From the NCBI GenBank assembly GCA_014860355.1, contig JACZJV010000114.1:2453-66452 (forward strand): DNA of 64,000 nucleotides, in the 5' to 3' direction. A program made the translations under genes and the position numbers. This stretch comes from Burkholderiales bacterium (GTDB taxonomy: Bacteria; Pseudomonadota; Gammaproteobacteria; Burkholderiales; SG8-39). This document shows positions 1 to 9,416 of the stretch, one piece after another. Below the pieces are notes generated by a model. That model made no database searches, had not been told where the DNA came from, and saw only the letters and a list, made by a program, of their open reading frames with translations. How positions within the stretch are numbered: position 1 is the stretch's first letter; every line of letters begins with the position of its first letter.

Positions 1-739
1 CGGAGTCCAACTGGGCCGCAGTGCGCGCGCCGGGCAGACGCAGGCTCTGGTTGTCCAGGCCGAATTTGAATACGAGGCCGGCGCGGTCCCCGGTCCAGCG
101 CAGATCGCCGATCACGTCGCCCTGCTCCAGGCGGTTGTTGACGCGGTAGTTGTCCGAGTTGTACTGGCTCGCGTTCAGCGAAAAGCCGGTGTTGGTTCCC
201 GCGAACTTGAGCGCGGCGCGCAATCCGCTCGTGTCATAGCTGCCGTAGCTCGCCCCCGCGACCGCACTCTTGTCCCCCGCAATGGGCGAGCGCGTGATGA
301 TGTTGATGGTGCCCCCGGAAGCGCCTCCGCCATACAACACCGCGCCGCCGCCGCGCTGGATTTCGATGCGCTCGATCGCATCGAGCGGGATGGCGGACCA
401 CCTCACCGTGGTCAAATCGATGTCGTTCAAGCGCTGGCCGTCGAGCAGCACCAGCGTATTCTGATCGCCGCTCGCGCCGAAACCGCGTACGTCGATCGCC
501 ACATCCGGACTGCCGCTGTTGTTGCGCGTGTTGATGCCGGCGTAACGCGAGAGCAAGTCCGGCAAAGTCTTTGCCGTGCTGTTGGCGATCTGCGCACGCG
601 TGACGACCGTGACCCCGATCGGATGCTCGAGCCGCTTTTCCGGAAAGCGCGTGGCCATGACCACCACCGCTTCTTCCTGGGCAAATGCGTGCGTCGCCAG
701 CGCGAGCGTAACGAGGGCAATGACGGTAATGGAAGACAT
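1..739 (-). CDS. TonB-dependent outer-membrane receptor, 5' part only (runs off the window); BtuB/corrinoid-receptor-like
   Basis: Absent from the ORF track because there is no stop codon inside the window. My translation of the minus strand from ATG 739..737 gives MSSITVIALVTLALATHAFAQEEAVVVMATRFPEKRLEHPIGVTVVTRAQIANSTAKTLPDLLSRYAGINTRNNSGSPDVAIDVRGFGASGDQNTLVLLDGQRLND..., i.e. a signal peptide plus a TBDR plug domain. It lies directly downstream of a cobalamin riboswitch. Confidence 0.85.
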   Translation of the reverse strand, partial: MSSITVIALVTLALATHAFAQEEAVVVMATRFPEKRLEHPIGVTVVTRAQIANSTAKTLPDLLSRYAGINTRNNSGSPDVAIDVRGFGASGDQNTLVLLDGQRLNDIDLTTVRWSAIPLDAIERIEIQRGGGAVLYGGGASGGTINIITRSPIAGDKSAVAGASYGSYDTSGLRAALKFAGTNTGFSLNASQYNSDNYRVNNRLEQGDVIGDLRWTGDRAGLVFKFGLDNQSLRLPGARTAAQLDS

Positions 740-781
740 GATTTCCCCGCCGCCAGCGTCCCCGCAGGCGGTACAACTGAT

Positions 782-1040
782 ACAACAAAGGAAACGCGGG
801 GAGAACAAATTCGCAACCGGCGCACCGCGTCCCCGCAGTGTTTCCACCTGTCGCGCAAGGCCGGTCTCCGGGCTCGTGGGATTGGATCCGCCGCCTTCCC
901 GCAAGCGTTGGCCTGCAGTGGCGTCGTGACGGACCCGCGCTCACATACCGTTGCGGGGGCAGCACAGGCTTGGGCGCAGCCACGCACCGTACCTGTTTCC
1001 CGTTTCACCCGCCTGCGGGAAGCGCAGACGGACACCTCGA
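782..1040 (-). promoter_or_regulatory. Cobalamin (B12) riboswitch with a terminator-type expression platform
   Basis: The minus strand carries the conserved elements GGTGAAACGGGAAACAGG (about 992-1009), GCTGCCCCCGCAACGGTA (946-963), GCCACTG (916-922) and the B12 box AGCCCGGAGACCGGCC (859-874). These are followed by a GCGGGGA...TCCCCGC hairpin plus a U-rich tract (about 782-838) just upstream of the receptor ATG at 739. Confidence 0.85.
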
Positions 1041-1297
1041 ACGAGTTGCGGAATGTTACACGCTAACGCGCGCGAACGAAATCGATTTGACCGAACTCGC
1101 CGTTGCCGGCCGGCAACGGGAATGCAATCGGTCAGGCCCGCAGAACGCGGCAACAGGGCGACGCCGCAGGCCGGATACGGCCCGGAAAATCCTGAACCCG
1201 GTCAACGACGTAAGGCGCTGCATCCACAATGGAAAGTGCTTTGAGAATGGCCTGTTATTGCTTGACTTGTCACGATTTTTGAAACTATAGTGTGGCG

Positions 1298-1489
1298 ATG
1301 GATGCGGAATTTGACACACTCGACAACAAGATTGATCAGTTCTTGCGGCTGTGCCAGCGCCTGAAGAGCGAGAACAGGGAATTGAGGCTGGAACTGGCAT
1401 CGGCGCAGAACGAAATCAAGCTTCTGCAAAGCAAGGTCGAGGGCGCCAGGACCCGCCTGCACGCACTGTTGCAGCAAATCCCGGAATGA
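1298..1489 (+). CDS. Small coiled-coil protein, ZapB-like, upstream of zapA
   Basis: ORF 1292..1489; the ATG at 1298 is preferred as start. MDAEFDTLDNKIDQFLRLCQRLKSENRELRLELASAQNEIKLLQSKVEGARTRL is a heptad-rich coiled coil. Its stop overlaps the zapA start (ATGA). Confidence 0.6.
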   Translation: MDAEFDTLDNKIDQFLRLCQRLKSENRELRLELASAQNEIKLLQSKVEGARTRLHALLQQIPE

Positions 1490-1797
1490 GCACCAAGGCC
1501 AAGACCCTGGACGTCACCATCATGGGGCGCAACTATCGCGTCACCTGTGCCGACGACGAACGCGAAGCGCTGCTTGCGGCAGTTGCCTATGTCGACCAGA
1601 AAATGACGGAAATCAAGACGGCAAGCAAGGTCGCCGGCACCGAGCGCATTGCGGTCATGACCGCGCTCAATATCGCCAACGAACTGCTCTCGATCAAGAT
1701 CGGCAGCGGCTTTGACATCGCGGAATTAAAGCGTAGAATGAATTCAGTGCAGTCGAAGCTTGATCAGGCGTTGTCGCAGCAGGATTCTCTGTTCTAA
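1486..1797 (+). CDS. zapA: Cell division protein ZapA
   Basis: Internal ATG 1486 of ORF 1351..1797. MSTKAKTLDVTIMGRNYRVTCADDEREALLAAVAYVDQKMTEIK...TERIAVMTALNIANELL is a typical ZapA family sequence. The gene is followed by 6S RNA, the classical zapA-ssrS arrangement. Confidence 0.85.
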   Translation: MSTKAKTLDVTIMGRNYRVTCADDEREALLAAVAYVDQKMTEIKTASKVAGTERIAVMTALNIANELLSIKIGSGFDIAELKRRMNSVQSKLDQALSQQDSLF

Positions 1798-1823
1798 ACG
1801 CGCCCGGCGGGCCAGACCGCAAA

Positions 1824-2019
1824 GAGTTTCCCTGCGATGCTCGTTAAGGCCATATATTCCTTGAACCAATATATTGGCTGAGGTTGCGGACCAAAGTGCC
1901 GCTTTTGTGCGCGTCCCGTCGCCTCGCGCGATCGTGGATGTACCTACGGCGGCCGGAACGCGACCACTCTGGACTGCAGGTTCAGAGGATGCGGGTCTGA
2001 CGGCATTTGCGGGGAATCC
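1824..2019 (+). ncRNA. ssrS: 6S RNA (SsrS)
   Basis: Located directly after zapA. The 5' end GAGUUUCCCUGCGAUGCUC pairs with the 3' end GGCAUUUGCGGGGAAUCC, analogous to the E. coli 6S termini AUUUCUCUGAGAUGUUC / GGCAUCUCGGAGAUUCCC. It contains an internal CCUUGAACCAA motif as in E. coli 6S, is about 195 nt long and has no ORF. The ends are approximate. Confidence 0.7.
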
Positions 2020-2044
2020 AATACCTCATCGATCGCAGACCGAA

Positions 2045-2072
2045 TCGCAGACAATCAGGTCTGCGATTTTTG
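2045..2072 (+). terminator. Rho-independent terminator after 6S RNA
   Basis: tcgcagac-aatcag-gtctgcga hairpin followed by ttttt. An extra direct copy of atcgcagac at 2031-2039 offers an alternative pairing. Confidence 0.6.
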
Positions 2073-2090
2073 TTTGCAGGATTGCCTGTA

Positions 2091-2552
2091 ATGCGCTACT
2101 GGCTGATGAAATCCGAGCCCGAGGAGTTCAGTATCGACGACCTTGCTCGCGCGCCGCGCCGCGGCAGCGCCTGGTTTGGCGTGCGCAATTATCAGGCGCG
2201 CAATTTCAAGCGCGACCAGATGCACATCGGCGACCGCGTTCTGTTTTATCACTCGAGCTGCCCCGAGCCGGGCATTGCCGGACTGGCCGAGGTCTGTTCC
2301 GAAGCGTACCCGGACAAGACCCAGTTCGATCCCAAGAGCAAGTATTACGACGCCAAAGCCACGCATGAAGTTCCGCGCTGGGTAAGCGTCGATGTGAGGT
2401 TCATCAAGAAGACGCGGTTACTGCCTCTGGCGGAACTGCGCGAGCACAGGGAGCTAGCCGGTATGCGCCTGCTGGCGCGCGGCAACCGCTTGTCCATCAC
2501 CTCCGTAGACCCGGATGAATGGAAGTTCATCACAACCAGACTGCTCAAATAA
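2091..2552 (+). CDS. EVE domain-containing protein
   Basis: ATG 2091 within ORF 2007..2552. [18 protein letters not shown]...[29 protein letters not shown]...IAGLAEV matches the EVE/PUA-like (DUF55) family pattern. Confidence 0.85.
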   Translation: MRYWLMKSEPEEFSIDDLARAPRRGSAWFGVRNYQARNFKRDQMHIGDRVLFYHSSCPEPGIAGLAEVCSEAYPDKTQFDPKSKYYDAKATHEVPRWVSVDVRFIKKTRLLPLAELREHRELAGMRLLARGNRLSITSVDPDEWKFITTRLLK

Positions 2553-2553
2553 A

Positions 2554-3642
2554 ATGACCCAGCTCAAAAACGACACCCTGATCCGCGCGCTGCTGCGCCA
2601 GCCGACCGAGTACACGCCGGTGTGGCTGATGCGCCAGGCCGGCCGTTACCTGCCGGAATACAACCAGACGCGCAGCCGCGCCGGCAGCTTTCTCGGCCTG
2701 TGCAAGAACCCGGGATACGCCACGGAAGTCACCCTGCAGCCGCTGGCGCGGTTCGAACTCGATGCTGCCATCCTGTTCTCCGACATACTCACCATCCCCG
2801 ACGCAATGGGCCTGGGACTTTACTTCGCCGAGGGCGAGGGACCGAAGTTCGAACGGCCGTTGCGCGATGAATGGGCAATCCGCGACCTGGCCGTACCCGA
2901 CCCGGGCGCAGAATTGCGCTACGTGCTGGACGCGGTCAGCGAAATCCGGCGCGCACTCGCGGGCAGCGTTCCGCTGATCGGCTTTGCCGGCAGCCCGTAC
3001 ACACTCGCCTGCTATATGGTGGAGGGCGGCGCGAGCGACGATTTCCGCACCATCAAGACCATGCTCTATGCGCGGCCCGACCTGCTGCACCGCATCCTCG
3101 ATGTGAACGCACAGGCAGTGACCCTTTATCTCAATGCCCAGATCGAAGCCGGCGCACAGGCGGTAATGATCTTCGATACCTGGGGCGGAAACCTGTCGCA
3201 TGCGGCCTACCGCGAGTTCTCGCTCGCCTATTTGCAGCGCATCATCGCCGGACTCAAGCGCGAGCACGCACGCGCACGCATTCCGGCGATCGTGTTCACC
3301 AAAGGTTGCGGCAACTGGCTGGAGGACATCGCGGCGATAGGCTGCGATGCGATCGGCCTCGACTGGGGCGTGGACATCGCGCAGGCGCGCGCGCGCATAG
3401 GCGATCGTGTCGCCTTGCAGGGCAACCTTGACCCCGCTGTGTTGTTTTCCCCGGCCGAAGTGGTGCAACGCGAAACGGAAAAAGTTCTCGCGTCCTTCGG
3501 CCACGGCAGCGGCCATGTATTCAACCTGGGCCACGGCATTTCCCAGTTCACGCCACCGGAAGCAGTCAAAATTCTGGTCGATTGCGTGCATCAATCCAGC
3601 GCGCGCTACCACGGCGACAGCGCCAAGCCCCGCACCGGCTAA
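2554..3642 (+). CDS. hemE: Uroporphyrinogen decarboxylase
   Basis: ATG 2554 within ORF 2515..3642. [37 protein letters not shown]...[14 protein letters not shown]...FNLGHGI are HemE hallmark motifs. Confidence 0.95.
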   Translation: MTQLKNDTLIRALLRQPTEYTPVWLMRQAGRYLPEYNQTRSRAGSFLGLCKNPGYATEVTLQPLARFELDAAILFSDILTIPDAMGLGLYFAEGEGPKFERPLRDEWAIRDLAVPDPGAELRYVLDAVSEIRRALAGSVPLIGFAGSPYTLACYMVEGGASDDFRTIKTMLYARPDLLHRILDVNAQAVTLYLNAQIEAGAQAVMIFDTWGGNLSHAAYREFSLAYLQRIIAGLKREHARARIPAIVFTKGCGNWLEDIAAIGCDAIGLDWGVDIAQARARIGDRVALQGNLDPAVLFSPAEVVQRETEKVLASFGHGSGHVFNLGHGISQFTPPEAVKILVDCVHQSSARYHGDSAKPRTG

Positions 3643-3671
3643 GGGTTTCCGCAGATTCCGCAAAACTTGAC

Positions 3672-3869
3672 TTATGCACAACTTCGTGCTCTCCCGCGAT
3701 TTTGCTGGGGAACGCTGCGCTCTCCCTCGTGGAAGTACGCAACATTATGTTTAAAAACGAATATATGACCCGATTCAAAATTGTGCGGCCGGCAAAATTC
3801 CTTATGGCAAAGATAGTTACAACGAGATTACCGACTTATTCACAAAGTTATCCACAAAAGTTGTGCACA
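3672..3869. promoter_or_regulatory. Cluster of DnaA boxes in the AT-rich hemE-priA spacer
   Basis: Four matches to TTATNCACA: ttatgcaca 3672-3680, ttattcaca 3836-3844, ttatccaca 3848-3856 (perfect consensus) and ttgtgcaca 3861-3869 (one mismatch, inside the 10-bp palindrome ttgtgcacaa). An AT-rich stretch lies at 3741-3769. Confidence 0.55.
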
Positions 3870-3972
3870 ACCCTAGTTCTCCTTTTGTATTAGGGTAATA
3901 CAGTAGTTTGCGGATACAGCGCTGCAGATTCCCCGCGTAGCTTTCTCAAACAAATATTCTCCTTGGCGGCAA

Positions 3973-6153
3973 ATGAGCATACTGCGCGTCGCATTCGACC
4001 TGCCGCTGCCGCGCGTGTTCGATTACAGCTGCGAGGATGCCTCGGACGCCGACATCGGCATGCGCGTGCTGGTGCCTTTCGGCAACAAGCCTGCGGTTGG
4101 AGTCATAGTCGGGATTGCCGCAAGCTCGAATGTCGACGCAGGAAAATTGAAGGCTGCGCTGCGCATCATGCGCGAGACACCCGCGCTCGGTCGCGACTGG
4201 CTGGATCTCGCGCAATTCTGCAGCGGCTACTATCACCGGCCGCTGGGCGAGGTCATTTTCAACGGCTTGCCGCGGCGCTTGCGCAAGACAGGTCCGATGC
4301 CGCCGCCCACGCAGACCGGCGCTTACCGCCTCAGCGCTGGCGGACGCGTAGCGCTGACGCAATTGCCTGCCCGCGTCAAGGTGAAGCGGGCGCTGCTCCA
4401 GGCCCTGGCGCAATCGGACTGCACCGAACAATTGCTGCTCGCGCTAAGCCCCGGTGCAAAAAAAGCCCTGGCCGAACTGCTCGTCGCGGGATGGATCGAG
4501 CCGGTGCGTACGCCCGCGAATCCGGGCTCCGGCCGATTCGTGGAAAGACTTGCGCTCAACGGCGAGCAGCAGCAGGTGCTGCGGCAAATCGAGACTGCCG
4601 GTCCCGGTTACGGGGTGTTTCTGCTGCACGGGATCACCGGCAGCGGCAAGACCGAGATCTATCTGCGCCTGATTGCGAGCGCGCTGGCCTCAGGCCGACA
4701 GGCGCTGGTGCTGGTGCCGGAGATCAACCTGACGCCGCGTTTGACACAGGAGTTCAGCGAGCGCTTTCCGGATGCGCCGCTGGTCAGCCTGCACAGCGGA
4801 CTCGCCGACGGTGAGCGCACACTGCACTGGCTGCAGGCGCAAAGCGGCTCGGCGGCGATCGTGCTCGGCACCCGGCTTGCGGTGTTCGTGCCTATGCCCA
4901 GGCTGGGACTGATCGTGGTGGACGAAGAGCAGGATGCCTCGTTCAAACAGCAGGACGGATTGCGCTACTCGGCGCGCGACGTGGCGATATTCCGCGCGCG
5001 CCAGGCGGGGATACCGGTCGTGCTCGGCTCGGCCACCCCTGCGCTGGAGACCTACGCGCATGCCTTGTCCGGCCGCTACCAGCTGTTGCGGCTAAGCGAA
5101 CGCGCCGTACCGCAGGCACAACTACCTCAGGTGCGCGCCGTGGACATGCGCAAGCAGAAGCTCGAAGACGGCCTGGCACCTTCACTGATCGAAGCTCTGG
5201 CCGAGCGCCTCGCCCGCGGCGAACAGAGCCTGGTGTTTCTGAACCGCCGCGGTTATGCGCCGGTGCTGATGTGCCCGGCCTGCGACTGGGTGAGCGGCTG
5301 CAAGCGCTGCTCCACCCGCATGGTGCTGCATCTGGCCGACAGGCAGTTGCGCTGTCACCACTGCGGCGCGAGCACCTCGATTCCGCGCCACTGCCCGAAC
5401 TGCGGCAATGCCGATATCCGTCCCTTTGGCCGCGGCACGCAGCGGCTGGAAGCGACGCTGGCGGCGCGCTTTCCCCAGGCGCGCATTCTGCGCGTTGATC
5501 GCGACAGCACCCGCAACAAGGGCAGCTTTACACGCATGCTGGGCGAGATTCAGGGCGGACGAGCCGACATCCTCGTCGGCACCCAGATCCTGGCAAAGGG
5601 GCACGACTTCCCCAAGCTGACCCTGGTCGCGGTGCTCAACGCCGACAGCGCGCTGTATTCAGCCGACTACCGCGCGCCGGAGCGCCTGTTTGCGCAGCTG
5701 GTGCAGGTCGCCGGCCGGGCCGGACGCGCCGACCGACCCGGGGAAGTGCTGATCCAGACACAGTATCCGCGGCATCCGCTGTATCTGGCGCTTGCGCAAC
5801 ATGACTATCCCGGCTACGCACGCACTTTGCTGGCCGAGCGCGAACAGGCGGGCTTCCCGCCCTATGTATTTGAAGCGGTGCTGCGCGCCGATGCGCAGCA
5901 ACTCGACACCGCGCTCGAATTCCTGCGCGCGGCGGCGAAGCTCGCCGGCCCGCCACCGGCCGGACTCACGCTATTCGATCCGGTGCCGATGAGCGTGACG
6001 CGGCTGGCTGAGCGCGAGCGCGCGCAGTTGCTCGTTCAATCAGAATCGCGCAAGTCGCTGCAGAACCTGCTTGCCGCCTGGAGCGCAAAGCTCTATGAAC
6101 TGCCGCAACGCGCGGTGCGCTGGCATCTGGACGTGGACCCGATCGAGTTCTGA
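3973..6153 (+). CDS. priA: Primosomal protein N' (replication restart helicase PriA)
   Basis: 726-aa ORF. It has Walker A LHGITGSGKTEIY, DEEQD, a Cys-rich zinc region CPACDWVSGCKRCSTRMVLH...LRCHHCG...CPNCG, and the N-terminal MSILRVAFDLPLPRVFDY typical of PriA. Confidence 0.95.
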   Translation: MSILRVAFDLPLPRVFDYSCEDASDADIGMRVLVPFGNKPAVGVIVGIAASSNVDAGKLKAALRIMRETPALGRDWLDLAQFCSGYYHRPLGEVIFNGLPRRLRKTGPMPPPTQTGAYRLSAGGRVALTQLPARVKVKRALLQALAQSDCTEQLLLALSPGAKKALAELLVAGWIEPVRTPANPGSGRFVERLALNGEQQQVLRQIETAGPGYGVFLLHGITGSGKTEIYLRLIASALASGRQALVLVPEINLTPRLTQEFSERFPDAPLVSLHSGLADGERTLHWLQAQSGSAAIVLGTRLAVFVPMPRLGLIVVDEEQDASFKQQDGLRYSARDVAIFRARQAGIPVVLGSATPALETYAHALSGRYQLLRLSERAVPQAQLPQVRAVDMRKQKLEDGLAPSLIEALAERLARGEQSLVFLNRRGYAPVLMCPACDWVSGCKRCSTRMVLHLADRQLRCHHCGASTSIPRHCPNCGNADIRPFGRGTQRLEATLAARFPQARILRVDRDSTRNKGSFTRMLGEIQGGRADILVGTQILAKGHDFPKLTLVAVLNADSALYSADYRAPERLFAQLVQVAGRAGRADRPGEVLIQTQYPRHPLYLALAQHDYPGYARTLLAEREQAGFPPYVFEAVLRADAQQLDTALEFLRAAAKLAGPPPAGLTLFDPVPMSVTRLAERERAQLLVQSESRKSLQNLLAAWSAKLYELPQRAVRWHLDVDPIEF

Positions 6154-6210
6154 TTCAAGTCAGCGCTGGCGACCTAAATCGCGCCCGCCGTTACACGGTT
6201 GGGAAATTGC

Positions 6211-6290
6211 GCGGACGAAAAACTGTCAGCGCGGATCGTCGATTGCGTGCGGATGAAAAGCACATCCGCACGCAATCGACGAACTTGTGC
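6211..6290. repeat. REP-like palindromic element, copy 1
   Basis: Perfect 20-bp stem tcgtcgattgcgtgcggatg (6236-6255) / catccgcacgcaatcgacga (6263-6282) with loop aaaagca. About 80 bp including flanks is repeated in inverted orientation at 60545-60625. Confidence 0.8.
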
Positions 6291-6481
6291 AAAACCCCCG
6301 CGCCGTATTGGGTGTTCACTGGAACCGCGTTTCAAACACGATAGGCGCGCGCAGCGCCCAAGTCCGCTCCTGTCCTGCGACTGCCGTAGATACCTTGGAT
6401 AAATGGCTGCTTTCGCCACGGACTTGATCAGCACTGCGCAAGGTATAATACGCATCCTTTTTCGCTCCAACTCCCTCCCTC

Positions 6482-8128
6482 TTGTCCGCTGAGATAAAGT
6501 CGCACCTGACCGATCTGCTGACGCAGTCGCTCGCCAGCGTGGCGCCGCAGACGCCGGCGTCGATCATCGCGCTCGAACGTCCGAAGCAGGCTGCGCACGG
6601 GGATTGGGCCTGCAATGTCGCCATGCAACTGGCGAAACAACTCAAGCGCAAGCCGCGCGAACTGGCGCAGGCGCTCATCGCCGGCCTGCCCGCCTCGCCC
6701 TGGCTCGAGTGCGCGGAGCTCGCCGGGCCGGGTTTCATCAATCTGCGTCTGAACCCGGCAGCCAAGCTGGACGCGGTGCGCGCGGCGCTTGCCGCCGGAG
6801 TACGCTACGGGCGTGCCGACACCGGACACGGGCGGCCGGTCCTGCTCGAATTCGTATCCGCCAATCCCACCGGGCCCCTGCATGTGGGCCACGGCCGCCA
6901 GGCGGCCCTGGGCGACGCGATCTCGGCCCTGCTGCAAGCGCAAAACTGGAAGGTGACGCGCGAATTCTATTACAACGATGCCGGAGCGCAGATCGACAAT
7001 CTGGCGCTGTCGGTGCAGGCGCGTGCGCGTGAGCAGCGCGGGGAGGCGGTGAGTTTCCCGGAATCGGGCTATCACGGGGAATACATACGCGAGATCGCGG
7101 CCGACTATCTCGCCCACAACGGCGATCCCGGCGATCTCGCTTCGGTGCGCCGGTTCGCCGTGGCTGCACTGCGGCGCGAGCAGGACGAGGACCTCAAGGC
7201 CTTCGGCGTGAAATTCGACAATTACTACCTCGAGTCTTCGCTCTACACCGACGGCAAGGTAGAGGCCACGGTCAGTGCGCTGATCGCTTCAGGCAAGACC
7301 TATGAACACGATGGCGCGCTGTGGCTGAGGACCACGGACTACGGCGACGACAAGGACCGCGTGATGAGGAAGTCCGACGGCAGCCACACTTATTTCGTGC
7401 CTGACGTCGCCTACCATGTGACCAAGTGGCAGCGCGGTTTTGCGCACGCCGTCAATATCCAGGGATCCGACCATCACGGGACGGTGGCGCGGGTGCGCGC
7501 CGGCCTGCAAGCGCTCGGCGAGGTGACGGGCGCCGGCATCCCGCGCGACTATCCCGACTACGTGCTGCACAAAATGGTAACCGTGATGAAGGGCGGCGAG
7601 GAAGTGAAACTGTCCAAGCGCGCCGGCAGCTACGTCACCTTGCGCGATCTGATCGACGAAGTGGGGCGCGATGCGGTGCGCTTTTTCCTGGTTTCGCGCA
7701 AGGCCGACACCGAGTTCGTGTTCGACATCGACCTGGCGAAGTCGCAGACCGAAGACAATCCGGTCTACTACGTGCAGTATGCCCACGCGCGCATCTGCTC
7801 GGTGCTGGCGCAGGCCGGGGCGCAAGTGCAGTCGGCGCACACCGACGGGCTCGCACCGCTCACCCTTCCGCGCGAACTCGCCCTGGCGCGGCGCCTGGGG
7901 GAGTTTCCCGAGATACTGGCGGATGCGGCGCGCGCACTTGCGCCGCATCAGGTGGCGTTCTACCTGCGCGAACTGGCGGGGGAGTTCCACAGCTACTATA
8001 ATGCCGAGCGCATACTCGTCGCCGACGAGGGGCTGAAGCGGGCGCGGCTTGCGCTGATCCTGGCGGTGCGCCAAGTGCTGCAAAACGGCCTGTCGCTGCT
8101 GGGCGTAAGCGCTCCCGAAAAGATGTAG
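6482..8128 (+). CDS. argS: Arginine--tRNA ligase
   Basis: 548-aa ORF with a TTG start at 6482. It has the class I HIGH-type motif [14 protein letters not shown], a KMSKR-like motif (KLSKRAG) and a C-terminal anticodon-binding region. Confidence 0.93.
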   Translation: MSAEIKSHLTDLLTQSLASVAPQTPASIIALERPKQAAHGDWACNVAMQLAKQLKRKPRELAQALIAGLPASPWLECAELAGPGFINLRLNPAAKLDAVRAALAAGVRYGRADTGHGRPVLLEFVSANPTGPLHVGHGRQAALGDAISALLQAQNWKVTREFYYNDAGAQIDNLALSVQARAREQRGEAVSFPESGYHGEYIREIAADYLAHNGDPGDLASVRRFAVAALRREQDEDLKAFGVKFDNYYLESSLYTDGKVEATVSALIASGKTYEHDGALWLRTTDYGDDKDRVMRKSDGSHTYFVPDVAYHVTKWQRGFAHAVNIQGSDHHGTVARVRAGLQALGEVTGAGIPRDYPDYVLHKMVTVMKGGEEVKLSKRAGSYVTLRDLIDEVGRDAVRFFLVSRKADTEFVFDIDLAKSQTEDNPVYYVQYAHARICSVLAQAGAQVQSAHTDGLAPLTLPRELALARRLGEFPEILADAARALAPHQVAFYLRELAGEFHSYYNAERILVADEGLKRARLALILAVRQVLQNGLSLLGVSAPEKM

Positions 8129-8147
8129 CAGGGGAGGGATCCCCTGA

Positions 8148-8744
8148 ATGTCAAATAAGCCCCAAATGGCCAAAGTATACAAACCGAGAGCGGCGGCGAA
8201 GAAAAAGAGCGGCGGCGGCACCTTGCTCGGGGTGTTTGTCGGCCTCGTCCTCGGACTGTGCATCGCCGTCGGGGTGGCCTGGTATATGAACAAAACCCCG
8301 ATCCCGTTCCTGACCAAAGCCAGGCCGCCGGAGAAAGCGGCAGTGGAGCCGGGCAAGGGGATCGTCAAGCCCGACGAAAAGACCACGCAGCAGGCGGATA
8401 AGCCGCGCTTCGAGTTCTACAAGATCCTGCCCGGCGCCGAAGAACCAGTGACCGAGCGGCAGATCAGGCAGGCTGTCAAGGCCGGTGCGCCCAAGGAAAA
8501 TTACCTGCTGCAGGTCGGCTCGTTTCAAAATCCCGCCGATGCCGACAATCTGAAAGCGCGGCTTGCGATAATCGGGGTCGAGGCTGCAGTGGAGCCAGTC
8601 GACCTGGCCGACAAAGGCACGTGGTATCGGGTACGCGTCGGACCGTTCACCATGGTGGACGAAATAAATCGTGTGCGCCAGACTCTGGCACAGAACGGAA
8701 TCGAGGCTTCGCTGGTCAAAATCAAGGATCCGGGCTCGCGCTGA
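8148..8744 (+). CDS. SPOR domain-containing (FtsN-like) membrane protein
   Basis: Basic N-terminus, one TM helix (LLGVFVGLVLGLCIAVGVAWY), a low-complexity linker and a C-terminal SPOR motif YLLQVGSFQNPADADNLKARLA...WYRVRVGPF. Confidence 0.8.
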   Translation: MSNKPQMAKVYKPRAAAKKKSGGGTLLGVFVGLVLGLCIAVGVAWYMNKTPIPFLTKARPPEKAAVEPGKGIVKPDEKTTQQADKPRFEFYKILPGAEEPVTERQIRQAVKAGAPKENYLLQVGSFQNPADADNLKARLAIIGVEAAVEPVDLADKGTWYRVRVGPFTMVDEINRVRQTLAQNGIEASLVKIKDPGSR

Positions 8745-8771
8745 GCGCCGGACGCTAATCTGGAGAATGGC

Positions 8772-9416
8772 ATGTTGAGAAAACTGGTGGCGGCTTTAAT
8801 GATGGTTCTTGCAGCAGGCCTGGCGCAGGCCCAGCCCGCGGCGGGCGTCGAGTATCTGGAACTTGCCACGGTGCAGCCTACCGACTCCCCCGGCAAGGTC
8901 GAGGTCATCGAATTCTTCTGGTATGGCTGCCCGCACTGCTACAAATTCGAGCCCGTGATCACTCCCTGGGTGAAAAAGCTGCCCAAGGACGTGCATTTCC
9001 GCCGCGTTCCGGCCATGTTCAACGACGAGTATGCGCAAGGCGCACGCGCCTTCTACGCGCTCGAGGCAATCGGCGTCGAGGAGCGCCTGCACAAGGCGCT
9101 TTTCGACGCCATCCATACCGGTTCCAGGCTCAGGGTCGCGGACGAGGCGGCGCTGACAGAATGGCTGGCCAAGCAAGGCGTGGACACGAAAAAATTCGCG
9201 GCCGCCTACCGCTCCTTCAGCGTTGAAGGCAAATTGAAACGCGCCGCGCAGCTTACTCAAGGATACAAGATCGAGGGTGTGCCTTCGATGGCGGTGAACG
9301 GCAAGTACGTCATCATCACCAACAACATCAAATCGTTCGAGCATCTGCTCGAGATCACTGATTACCTGATAGTGAAATCGCGCGGGAACGGCGCCAAGGC
9401 CGCAGCCAAAAAATAA
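8772..9416 (+). CDS. dsbA: Thiol:disulfide interchange protein DsbA
   Basis: Signal peptide, then VEVIEFFWYGCPHCYKFEP (CPHC active site) and GVPSMAVNGKY (cis-Pro loop). Confidence 0.9.
   Translation: MLRKLVAALMMVLAAGLAQAQPAAGVEYLELATVQPTDSPGKVEVIEFFWYGCPHCYKFEPVITPWVKKLPKDVHFRRVPAMFNDEYAQGARAFYALEAIGVEERLHKALFDAIHTGSRLRVADEAALTEWLAKQGVDTKKFAAAYRSFSVEGKLKRAAQLTQGYKIEGVPSMAVNGKYVIITNNIKSFEHLLEITDYLIVKSRGNGAKAAAKK

Noticed and set aside
234-1153. Several ORFs of 70-250 aa on both strands (for example 234..983-, 427..1035-, 623..1066+) overlapping the receptor 5' end and its leader.
   Set aside because: The translations are Arg/Ala/Gly-rich and low-complexity. The real frame is the TonB-receptor frame, which is not in the track, and the region 782-1040 is explained by the riboswitch.
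2545-3681. 378-aa ORF antisense to hemE.
   Set aside because: It is a mirror ORF typical of high-GC DNA with no recognisable motifs, whereas the sense strand encodes a textbook HemE. The same reasoning applies to 7289..8386- (antisense to argS); 13552..14610+ and 14505..15578+ (antisense to the permease genes); 43550..44809- (antisense to liuD); 45580..46575- (antisense to liuE); 57094..58806+ (antisense to the CoA ligase); 59280..60185-; 62356..63258-; and 52696..53874+.
3661-3960. Calling the hemE-priA DnaA-box cluster the chromosomal origin (oriC).
   Set aside because: Flanking genes do not diverge from the site, dnaA/dnaN/gidA/parAB are absent from the window, and GC skew cannot be judged from 64 kb. 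I kept it only as a DnaA-box cluster.
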